Assembly (NCBI GenBank): GCA_035578045.1
Contig: DATJWP010000188.1
Coordinates: forward strand, 404-64,403
Reading direction: 5' to 3'
Length of the DNA stretch: 64,000 bases
Source of the DNA: Polyangia bacterium
GTDB taxonomy: Bacteria; Myxococcota_A; Polyangia; Fen-1088
Below the pieces are notes generated by a model, which saw only the letters and a list, made by a program, of their open reading frames with translations, was not told the origin of the DNA and made no database searches. The position numbers were made by a program, and so were the translations under genes. Positions 56,621-64,000 of the stretch are shown here, in pieces; position 1 is the stretch's first letter, and every line of letters starts with the position of its first letter.

Positions 56621-57579
56621 GCCGCCCGGCCATCGCCCGGGTCACGCTGGTGGCGTCGCTCTTCGCGACGCTGGCCGGCGGCGTGGCCCGGGCGCAGGAC
56701 GACGACGGTCCCGTCGTCCAGAAGTTCTATCCGCCGCCGGTCGACGGACCCGCGCTGCGCCTGCCGGAGCCGCCCAGGCGCCTGTACCTGGACGGCGCAT
56801 TCGCGATCAGCAACGATCTGTCTGCTCTGCCCTACATCGAGGGCAAGGGGACCAACTTTCGATTCGCGCTGGGCGGCGCCTGGCGCTGGGATCGTTTCTC
56901 CGTCGACGTAGAGGTCCCTTTCGCCAACGTCACGACGCTGAACGTGACGATGGTGCCGGGGGGCATGCCGAATCCGACCAGGCAGACAGCGACCTCATTG
57001 GGTGACATCCGGGTGGGCGCGGTTTGGAGCGAGCGTCTCGCGGGTGAGGCGGCGATCGCCGGCATCGGCCTGCGCACGCGGCTGGCGACGCACACGACGC
57101 ACTTCGACTTCTACCTGCCGCAGACCTACGCGAATGTCTCTTACCCCTTCCCCTACTACTTCGACATCGAACCAACTGCGATCTTCGGTGGCGCGATCGG
57201 CCGCTTCACGTACGTCGTCAACGAAGGGGCTCTGATCATGGTCGGCCCGAATGGCACCTTCCTGGACATGGAGGTGGTGGTCCCGACGATCATGTTCTGG
57301 GACTCTCACGTCGCGGTGGCCTATGCGCCCTGGGACTTCCTGGGAGCGTCGGTCGAGCTCGGGACCGACATCCAGTTGAACCAGGTGAACGACCCGCAGT
57401 TCCCGATCGACAGTCTCCGCTCCATCTGGCTGGCGCCGGCGCTGCAGTTCCACATCCAGGACTGGCGCGTCGACGCGATCGCCCGCATCGGGATCGGGAA
57501 GAAATCAGAGGCGTTCGGGGTGCTGGAATACGTCGGGACGGACTCCTACACCCTGCGTCTCACCTACGCTTTCAAGTAG
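56617..57579 (+). CDS. Putative outer-membrane beta-barrel protein
   Basis: TTGA start/stop overlap. Signal peptide ending GVARAQDD, alternating beta-strand pattern, C-terminal YTLRLTYAFK. Confidence 0.5.
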   Translation: MSRPAIARVTLVASLFATLAGGVARAQDDDGPVVQKFYPPPVDGPALRLPEPPRRLYLDGAFAISNDLSALPYIEGKGTNFRFALGGAWRWDRFSVDVEVPFANVTTLNVTMVPGGMPNPTRQTATSLGDIRVGAVWSERLAGEAAIAGIGLRTRLATHTTHFDFYLPQTYANVSYPFPYYFDIEPTAIFGGAIGRFTYVVNEGALIMVGPNGTFLDMEVVVPTIMFWDSHVAVAYAPWDFLGASVELGTDIQLNQVNDPQFPIDSLRSIWLAPALQFHIQDWRVDAIARIGIGKKSEAFGVLEYVGTDSYTLRLTYAFK

Positions 57580-57604
57580 TCCAGAAACGGCTTAGGCTTG
57601 GCCG

Positions 57605-58048
57605 ATGCGCCTAGCTTTCATTTTGTTATGCGCGGTCGTCGTCGGCTGCTCGTCGAACAACGCCTACAAGCCCGACGGCGGCCACGTCGACGCGCTCACG
57701 TACGATCTGTCGCTGGACCTGCCGCCAGGCTGCCCGCCGGGACAAGGGAACGAAAAAGGAGTGGGCAAGCCCTGCACGCGCAACGGCCACGAGTGCGGCT
57801 CACCGCTCATCTGCGCCTGCGACACGGTCTCAGGCCTCACGCTCAACGGTCTGCCGTGCATCTGCACGATGGCCGGGTTGGATCGGACACCCAGCAATCC
57901 CGATCCGTGCAGCTTGGAGCCGTCAGATATCTGCGGGTCGGGCGCGACCTGCTGCAACTACCTGAGCACGGCTTTCTACTGCAGCCCGAACGTCTGCCTG
58001 CCGGGCGGCGAGTGCATCCAGTTCTCCGCCGCCGACGCCGGTCACTAG
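57605..58048 (+). CDS. Small Cys-rich lipoprotein
   Basis: Lipobox VVVGCSS. The mature ~125 aa contain 16 further Cys after the lipobox Cys. Confidence 0.55.
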   Translation: MRLAFILLCAVVVGCSSNNAYKPDGGHVDALTYDLSLDLPPGCPPGQGNEKGVGKPCTRNGHECGSPLICACDTVSGLTLNGLPCICTMAGLDRTPSNPDPCSLEPSDICGSGATCCNYLSTAFYCSPNVCLPGGECIQFSAADAGH

Positions 58049-59286
58049 TTGCAGGTCTTTTCGTTGCGCGGCGTCGTCTGGCAGCCGGCGGCGGAGCAGC
58101 AGTAGCCGGCGGCGCAGTCGTGCGTGCCCGAGCAGTCGGTGACGCAGCTGTTGCCGCTGCAGTGGACGGCCTGGGCGCAGGCGTTGCCGCCGGTGCACGA
58201 GATGTGATTCGTCCCGGCGTTGCCTGAAACCGTCGAGCCGCAGCTGGACGGGCCGGTGCACTGGACCGTGCAGTTGTTGCCGCCGCAGGTGACGGCGCCC
58301 TGGCACGAGCCCTGGCCCGAGCAGACCAGCGTGGCCGTGGCGCCGGAGACGGAGACCGACGACGAGCACGAGCCGACGCCGCTGCAGGTGACGGTGCAGG
58401 GGTTTCCGCCGCATTTGATCGGCTGCGTGCAAGCCCCGTCGGGGCAGGTGACCGCGCAGCTGGTGGCGCCGTGGCAGTCGATCGGCGTCGTGCACCCGCC
58501 GGGGGGGCAGGTGATGCGGCAGTCCATCCCCATCGGGCAGACGATCGGCTGATCGCAGGGGGAGCAGGCCGAGCCGCAATCGAAGCGGCAGGTCGCCCCG
58601 TCGCAGGCTCCGCCGGCTTTCAGGCAGTCGACGCAGCTCGCGCTCGCGTCGGGCGGGCCGCAGACCGGCGCCACGCCCGCGTCGCTCATCGGCGCGCCGG
58701 CCGCGCCGCCGCTCCCCGAACCGCCCCCGTCGCTGCCGGATGCGCCGCCGCTGTCGGCGACGCCTGACGCGCCGCCGCTGGCCGAGCCTCCGCCGTCGCC
58801 GGCCTCGCCACCCGTCGCGTCAGCGCCGCCCGCGCCCAGCGACACGCCGCCCGTGCCCAGCGACAGGCCGCCCGCTCCCGACGCCGGGCCACCCGTGCCG
58901 GGGTCGGCGCCGGCCGCTCCCGTCGATCCACCTTGGCCCGACGCGCCGGCGTCGCCGGGCGCGGAGCCCGCGGTTCCTGGAACCCCGCCGGCGGAGTCAT
59001 CGCCCGAACCGCCCGAACCGCTCGAACCGCCCGAACCGCCCGAACTCGCCTCTATCGTGCTGCCCGCGCCGCCGGAGCCGACCATGGCAATGCCGGTCCC
59101 CCCCGAGCCGGAGGAGGCGACGTGGCCGCCCGTCCCCACCAGCGCCACGTTGCCGCCGGCGCCCGCGCCGGTCCCCGTCGACGACAGGCCGGAATGATCG
59201 ACCCGGCACCCGTCTCCAAAGAGCGGCACCGGTGCGATCGCACAGACGACGAGGGTCGCCCGTATCAAGCGCGAGCCTGTTTTCAA
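58045..59286 (-). CDS. Lipoprotein with Gly/Ser/Ala-rich linker and a periodic Cys-ladder C-terminal domain
   Basis: Proposed TTG start at 59286 after AGAGGA. Signal with LFGDGC. About 170 aa of low-complexity G/S/A sequence, then about 200 aa with Cys every 4-8 residues (VTCSGVGSC, VTCGGNNCTVQCTG...). Confidence 0.55.
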   Translation of the reverse strand: MKTGSRLIRATLVVCAIAPVPLFGDGCRVDHSGLSSTGTGAGAGGNVALVGTGGHVASSGSGGTGIAMVGSGGAGSTIEASSGGSGGSSGSGGSGDDSAGGVPGTAGSAPGDAGASGQGGSTGAAGADPGTGGPASGAGGLSLGTGGVSLGAGGADATGGEAGDGGGSASGGASGVADSGGASGSDGGGSGSGGAAGAPMSDAGVAPVCGPPDASASCVDCLKAGGACDGATCRFDCGSACSPCDQPIVCPMGMDCRITCPPGGCTTPIDCHGATSCAVTCPDGACTQPIKCGGNPCTVTCSGVGSCSSSVSVSGATATLVCSGQGSCQGAVTCGGNNCTVQCTGPSSCGSTVSGNAGTNHISCTGGNACAQAVHCSGNSCVTDCSGTHDCAAGYCCSAAGCQTTPRNEKTCN

Positions 59287-59378
59287 TTTTCCGTTCCTCT
59301 GAACGGGCGCCGTTGCGCCGGGAAGTTGACTCGGAACGGGACGCGCGGCGAGCCCCTCGCCGCGTTTCCCGCGACTGC

Positions 59379-61619
59379 CTACAGACTCCCCTTGTCGATC
59401 ACGATGGCAACCTTGACCCACTGGGGGACGTGGTTGCCGACGACCATGCCGGTCGCCTGCATGGCGTTCTGACCAGGCAGCCAGACCGGCGCCCGGCTCG
59501 GATCCATGTCGATGTTCTCCCCGGCCACGACGCCCGTGAACCAGAGCTGCGGCTGCGAGGTCGTGAGCCCGCCCGTGTTGAGCTGGCTGCCGTAGGGGCG
59601 GCGCGACGAGAACGCCACCCAGTAGAGCGTCGTCCCCCGGAAGATCCCCACGTCCGGGCTGAACCGCGGCCAGGAGTTGTCGTAGCTCGTCGAGCCGCCG
59701 TTGGCGTTGCTGAGCTCCTTGGGGGCGCCCCCGGTGATCGGCACCCACTCGAGCTTCGCCGAAGAGTCGTCGTATCCGTCGCAGGTGCCGGTTCCGTACC
59801 CGGCCGACCCGTTGTAGTTGATGTCGGGGTCGGTGCCGCAGGTGCTCTGGTTGTAGACGACGAACTTGCTGTCCTCACTGATGCACGGGTAGTACATCGT
59901 CTGCCCGCTGACCCGCTTGACCAGCACCTTGGCGTTGTCCATGACGGCGCTCGCCGTCGCGCCGGCGAGCGCAATCTGGCCGCCCTTCTTGAGGTCGCCG
60001 TTCTGTCCCCCGGGATTGCCCGTCGAGTCGGCGGTCGCCGCCGTTGCGAACGACGTGAAAGCCAGGTACGAGCCGTCGTGGCTCCAGAACGGGTCGGACT
60101 GGTACATGTCGGGCGAAGAGGTTGCGAACGTCAGCCCCATCGGTGCCAGTGTCGCGTTCGTCCCGCTGACCGTGACGCCGTTGGTGTACAGCTTCGCCTT
60201 GTACATGCTGACCATCACGTCGCCGTTCGGTCCCCAGGCCGTCTCGGTCGCGAAGGCGTCCTTGCGGTACTCCTGCCAGTAACAGGTCGAATCACTGGTT
60301 GCCGTGGCGTTGGGATCGTTGCAGCCGCTGCCGCCCGTCGCGGTCGGGTTGTCGAGCAGCAGCGCCTGATTCCCGATGTCCAGCAGCTCCCAGTTCGCGG
60401 CGTTGTAGGTCGACGAGCCACCGATCGTGAGCGCCATGTACTTGCCGTCGTTGGTGATCGTGTGGCAGCCGATGCAGTGGCCCCCCGCGACACCCCCGTT
60501 CCAGGCCTGGGGCCCCCCCTGGTAGGGCGGCGTCGAATTGGGGCCACCATCGTCCGTCCAGACCAGCTGCGGCGCCGGGTTGGTCGCCGAGAAGTCGTAG
60601 CGGTAGATGGCGGTGCCGTTGGGCGGGTTCTGGGTGGTGTCCTGCAGGCAGTAGTTGGGGGGGTCTGCCGCCGTCGCGGTGGGGCAAGGCTTCTGGTTCG
60701 GGAGCACCGTCCAGTAATAGAGGCCGCCGGTCAGCCCCGCTTGCGCCCAGTCGACGCTGACCGGGGCCGACTCGACCGGGGCGCCGCTGGCCTTGGCGAC
60801 GCGCGCGGTGATCTTGATGTCGTCGGTCTCGCAGCTCGGCACGAACAGCTGCGTGAGCGCCAGCGGGATGGTGACGTAGCAGGCGCTGGCCGAATTCAGG
60901 TTGGCGCCGCCGGTCTCGCAGGCGCCGTAGTAGTTCACGTTGACGTTGCCGCTGTTGGCGGTCTGAAAGTTGATCCGGGCGCTGGTGCCGGCGGTAGCCA
61001 CGTGGACCTGGATCGGACCCAGGTTCTCGGGGAACAGCGAGCTGTCGAGCGGGTAGGTGATCATCGTCGAGCCCGAGGGGCTGCCGTCCAGCTTGCCCAT
61101 GTCGACCGTGCCGCACCCGGTTCCGCCGAAGTCGGAACAGGTGAAGTTGCCGCTGAAGGTCGCGACCAGCGTCACCGGGGCGCTGTTGACGTCACCGCTC
61201 GACGCCGTGATGGTGTAGGTGCCGGGCGCGGAGACGGTCACGCTGCCGCCCAGGTTCTGGATGCCGGTCCCGGGGCTGGACGACCAGTTCACCTGACTGC
61301 TGACGTCCCGGCTGCTGCCGTCCATGAACGTGCCGGTGGCGGTGTACGACGCCGTCCCGGTCAGCGTCCCCGGGCTGGATCCCGCGGTCAGGCTCACGCT
61401 GGGCGTCCCGCTGACCGAGAGGCCGGTCAAGCCCTGGATGGAGGGCATCATCATGATGATGACGTTGCCGGTGCCACCCGTTCCGGTTCCCCCGCCGCTG
61501 GTCCCACCCGTGCCGCCCACGCGCGGCTTCACGCCGGCGCAACCAAATCCGGAAACCAGTCCGCCACCCACCAGGGCGACGGCGCACAAAGCTAGGCTGA
61601 GCAAAGGTCGTGAACGCAT
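59379..61619 (-). CDS. Large lipoprotein: Big_2-like Ig domain + TolB/PD40-like propeller region, contains CIGCH
   Basis: Lipobox VSGFGC. Ig-like segment (TATGTFMDGSSRDVSSQVNWSS...). FWSHDGSYLAFTS is a PD40-like repeat. CIGCH at 60462-60476. Confidence 0.65.
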   Translation of the reverse strand: MRSRPLLSLALCAVALVGGGLVSGFGCAGVKPRVGGTGGTSGGGTGTGGTGNVIIMMMPSIQGLTGLSVSGTPSVSLTAGSSPGTLTGTASYTATGTFMDGSSRDVSSQVNWSSSPGTGIQNLGGSVTVSAPGTYTITASSGDVNSAPVTLVATFSGNFTCSDFGGTGCGTVDMGKLDGSPSGSTMITYPLDSSLFPENLGPIQVHVATAGTSARINFQTANSGNVNVNYYGACETGGANLNSASACYVTIPLALTQLFVPSCETDDIKITARVAKASGAPVESAPVSVDWAQAGLTGGLYYWTVLPNQKPCPTATAADPPNYCLQDTTQNPPNGTAIYRYDFSATNPAPQLVWTDDGGPNSTPPYQGGPQAWNGGVAGGHCIGCHTITNDGKYMALTIGGSSTYNAANWELLDIGNQALLLDNPTATGGSGCNDPNATATSDSTCYWQEYRKDAFATETAWGPNGDVMVSMYKAKLYTNGVTVSGTNATLAPMGLTFATSSPDMYQSDPFWSHDGSYLAFTSFATAATADSTGNPGGQNGDLKKGGQIALAGATASAVMDNAKVLVKRVSGQTMYYPCISEDSKFVVYNQSTCGTDPDINYNGSAGYGTGTCDGYDDSSAKLEWVPITGGAPKELSNANGGSTSYDNSWPRFSPDVGIFRGTTLYWVAFSSRRPYGSQLNTGGLTTSQPQLWFTGVVAGENIDMDPSRAPVWLPGQNAMQATGMVVGNHVPQWVKVAIVIDKGSL

Positions 61620-61801
61620 AATGTTGCTCCAACGCTGGGGGGACAGGCGCCGGGTGGCGCAGGGGCCTCGCCTCCCGGGGGCACCTTGAGGGGCCGACTA
61701 TACTGCGGCCCGTTACTGGGGGCTACGGGGTAAAGGGTAACGCGCCGCGGGTCCCGCGGGCTCCCAGGCTTGACCCCGGCGCGGTATCCAGCCGACCATG
61801 T

Positions 61802-62479
61802 TTGGTCATGAACGCCTCCAATCTCCGTACCGCCCTCACCCTGGCAGCGGCCGTCACTCTGACCGGGTGCGGCGGGGGGCTGCAGTACAAGGTCGACGAC
61901 TCCTCGCTGGACGCGGTCCCCGCAGGCGAGAAGCAGGACGTCTTCACCGCCCAGAACGACGTCGAGGTCGCGCGCAGCGAGCAGCGCACCGCCAAGAACC
62001 AGCTCGAGTCCTGGGAGCGTGACCGGGACATCGCCAAGAAAGAGAAGGAGCAGGCCGACCTGGAGGTCGAGAAGTCGGCCACCGAGCAGGAGTCCGCCAA
62101 CGCGGCGCACGACGAGAACCGAGCGAACGCGGCCCGCCACGGCAAGGAGATCGCGGATATGGGCGTCCGCGCCGCCGAGGCCAAGCTGGACTGGCTGGAC
62201 GAGAAGCACGATTGGCTGGAAGCGACGCAGAGGGCGGCCGACGCGCACGCCGCCGCCGCCGACGCCAAGGTCCAGCTGGAGAAGGCCAAGCTGGCCCAGC
62301 AGAAGGGGATCAAACCGGACAGCAGCTTCTCGGTCGACCACTTCCAGGACCAGTGGAACGACAAGAACAGCGACTGGCAGTCGGCCAAGAAGAAGGCCGA
62401 TTCGGAGCAGAAGGACGCGCAGAGCAAGGAAGAGAAGTGGAAAGACCTGACCAATCAGCAGGCCAAGATGAAGGGATGA
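61802..62479 (+). CDS. Coiled-coil lipoprotein (Lys/Glu/Ala/Asp-rich)
   Basis: Lipobox VTLTGC, then about 200 aa of heptad-like charged sequence. Confidence 0.6.
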   Translation: MVMNASNLRTALTLAAAVTLTGCGGGLQYKVDDSSLDAVPAGEKQDVFTAQNDVEVARSEQRTAKNQLESWERDRDIAKKEKEQADLEVEKSATEQESANAAHDENRANAARHGKEIADMGVRAAEAKLDWLDEKHDWLEATQRAADAHAAAADAKVQLEKAKLAQQKGIKPDSSFSVDHFQDQWNDKNSDWQSAKKKADSEQKDAQSKEEKWKDLTNQQAKMKG

Positions 62480-62537
62480 GGTCGGTTGCCGCTGGCCAAC
62501 CCCCCGCCCCTGGTCTAGGCTCATCGCCGGGGAATTC

Positions 62538-64000
62538 TTGAGCACGAGCGACCGAGAAGCCCTGTTGGCCGGCATGGCCGCCGCCCGAGCCGAGGCCGTT
62601 CCGGAGCGCACCGAGCCGGAGCGCTCGGGCTATGTTCCGCCGCTGGAAACGGCGCGGATCCTGGTCGTCGACGACGAGAAGGTCATCCGCGACATCCTGG
62701 CCGACTTCCTGACCGAGGAGGGCTACGTCGTGCACGCCGTCGAGGACGGCGCGCAGGCCCTGGAGGAGCTGCACCACCGCAGCTACAACCTGGTCCTGTC
62801 GGATCTCAAGATGCCGAACCTCAGCGGCCTCGAGCTGATCCAGAAGATCTCCGAGGAGAGCATCCCCGTCCTGACGGTGATCATGACGGGGTTCGGCACC
62901 GTCGAGACCGCCATCGAGGCCATGAAGAAGGGGGCGTACGACTACGTCCTCAAGCCGTTCAAGGTCGACGAGGTGATCCACATCGTGCAGCGCGGCCTGG
63001 ATCGGCAGCGGCTGCAGCACGAGAACATCCGTCTCAAAGACGCGCTGTCGATCTACAAAATCAGCGAGGCGATCGCGACCTCGCTGTCGGTCGAGAAGGT
63101 GCTGGACCTGGTGCTCGACGCGACCATCGATGCGGTCGACGCGGACGTGGTCAGCCTGCTGCTGGAAGACCCCAAGCAGGCCGGGCGCTTCGTCGAGCAG
63201 ATGCGGAAGGTTTCGGAGCGCGCCGCCCCCGGCGTCGAGGCGCCGCCGCTGAACCTGACCGAGGCGCTGCCGCTGTTCCGCGAAGACCGGCCGCTGCTGG
63301 TCCACGGAAACGGGTCGTACCGGTTCCTCGAGTCGCCGCCGCGCGACATCGACCGCCACCTGATCAGCCTGTGCAGCATCCCGCTGAAGCTGAACGGCCG
63401 CATCATCGGCATGCTGAACGCGTACAGCTACACGCGCGGGAACAAGTTCTCCGAGGGGCAGCGCAAGATGCTGTACGTGCTGGCCAGCCGGGCCGCCGTC
63501 TCGATCGAGAACGCGCGCCTGTACGAGCACCTGGTCGACGCGAACAAGGATCTGACGCGCGCCAACGTCTCGCTGGAAGAGAACTTCAAGCAGTCGATCA
63601 TCGGGTTCGCCCACGCGCTGGAGGAGTCGGACCGCTACACGCGCGGCCACTCCGAGCGGGTCGCGATGTACGCCCGCATCATCGCCATCGGCCTGCGCCT
63701 GACCGAGGCGGACATCGCCACGGTCGTCAAGGTCGGCCTGATGCACGACGTCGGCAAGATCGGCGTGCGCAACGACAAGCTGAACAAGCCCGGCAAGCTG
63801 ACGCCCGAAGAGCTGGCCATGTTCCGGTCCCACCCCGCCAAGGGGAAGCGGATCCTCGAGCCGATCCCGTTCATGCGCGACATCGTCCCCGGTTGTTACT
63901 GCCACCACGAGGCGTGGGACGGGTCGGGCTATCCGCAGGGGCTGATCGGTGACCACATCCCGCTGATCGGGCGGATCGTGGCCATCGCCGACGCCTACGA
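62538..64000 (+). CDS. Response regulator with REC + GAF + HD-GYP domains (partial, runs off the window end)
   Basis: Frame open to the window end. ILVVDDEKVIRD...LVLSDLKMPNLSG...KPF (REC), a GAF-like middle region, then HSERVA...LMHDVGKIGV...HHEAWDGSGYPQGL (HD-GYP). The start is TTG 62538 or ATG 62574. It is absent from the ORF track because it has no stop codon. Confidence 0.85.
   Translation, partial: MSTSDREALLAGMAAARAEAVPERTEPERSGYVPPLETARILVVDDEKVIRDILADFLTEEGYVVHAVEDGAQALEELHHRSYNLVLSDLKMPNLSGLELIQKISEESIPVLTVIMTGFGTVETAIEAMKKGAYDYVLKPFKVDEVIHIVQRGLDRQRLQHENIRLKDALSIYKISEAIATSLSVEKVLDLVLDATIDAVDADVVSLLLEDPKQAGRFVEQMRKVSERAAPGVEAPPLNLTEALPLFREDRPLLVHGNGSYRFLESPPRDIDRHLISLCSIPLKLNGRIIGMLNAYSYTRGNKFSEGQRKMLYVLASRAAVSIENARLYEHLVDANKDLTRANVSLEENFKQSIIGFAHALEESDRYTRGHSERVAMYARIIAIGLRLTEADIATVVKVGLMHDVGKIGVRNDKLNKPGKLTPEELAMFRSHPAKGKRILEPIPFMRDIVPGCYCHHEAWDGSGYPQGLIGDHIPLIGRIVAIADAY

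Noticed and set aside
58045-58048. Convergent genes sharing the palindrome CTAG as both stop codons
   Set aside because: This is real in the sequence but most simply a coincidence of compact gene packing, with no functional implication.
58980-59045. Tandem ~12-nt repeats (gaaccgcccgaaccgctcgaaccgcccgaaccgccc), checked as a possible CRISPR or VNTR
   Set aside because: They have no spacers and lie inside a CDS, where they encode the Gly/Ser linker (SGGSGGSSGSGGSG). They are coding low-complexity sequence, not a CRISPR array.
58740-61595. 951-aa plus-strand ORF
   Set aside because: It is antisense to two secreted-protein genes that have signal peptides and domain structure. The translation is Arg/Pro/Gly repeats only.
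62310-63956. 548-aa minus-strand ORF
   Set aside because: It is antisense to an open frame that encodes an unmistakable REC-GAF-HD-GYP protein. That frame is missing from the track only because it has no stop codon inside the window.

Overview
High-GC bacterial chromosome window with myxobacterial hallmarks: a MYXO-CTERM-like tail, many Cys-rich secreted proteins, ECF sigma / Ser-Thr kinase pairing and an HD-GYP regulator. All calls come from hand translation and motif recognition; no database searches were run.

Layout:
(1) 0.4-23.6 kb: a tRNA-Gly(CCC) followed by a lower-GC Wzx/Wzy-type exopolysaccharide (EPS) island. It holds a priming phosphoglycosyltransferase, GDP-fucose synthesis genes (fcl, gmd), GT4 glycosyltransferases, a methyltransferase and a fucosyltransferase-like protein. 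On the opposite strand lie wzx-wza-wzc-wzy, a GH16-like hydrolase and a DUF6625-like protein. A complete single-module NRPS (C-A-T-TE) is embedded in this locus. Its adenylation code reads DLYNLSLIWK (cysteine type) and its condensation motif is HYxxxDG instead of HHxxxDG. This is my best candidate for an undescribed system: carrier-protein-dependent aminoacyl decoration of a polysaccharide.
(2) 23.7-34.4 kb: signalling genes. These are an HK-RR-HK operon, then a sigma factor, a Ser/Thr kinase carrying an N-terminal HxxxCxxC anti-sigma-like motif and a TPR protein, then a LamG lipoprotein, a Cys-rich propeller lipoprotein and a second ECF sigma. A shared 27-nt promoter-like motif precedes both the LamG gene and the second sigma gene.
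(3) 34.5-46.1 kb: housekeeping and accessory genes (mepA, a DMT transporter, a DUF1624 protein, a ZTP/pfl-type riboswitch ahead of a long-form glyA, a CBS protein, an FAD/Rieske oxidoreductase, cupin, pirin, a DUF2156 protein, an MBL hydrolase).
(4) 46.2-52.0 kb: a czcCBA-like heavy-metal RND efflux operon.
(5) 52.0-64.0 kb: an HTTM gene pair, then a cluster of Gly-rich and Cys-rich secreted proteins, then a partial REC-GAF-HD-GYP regulator.

A short hairpin-rich repeat occurs twice. One copy lies in frame inside the DUF1624 gene. The other supplies the last codons and stop codon of the HTTM gene.

No CRISPR array, rRNA, transposase or integrase was seen. Many long ORFs in the track are high-GC shadow frames and were rejected.
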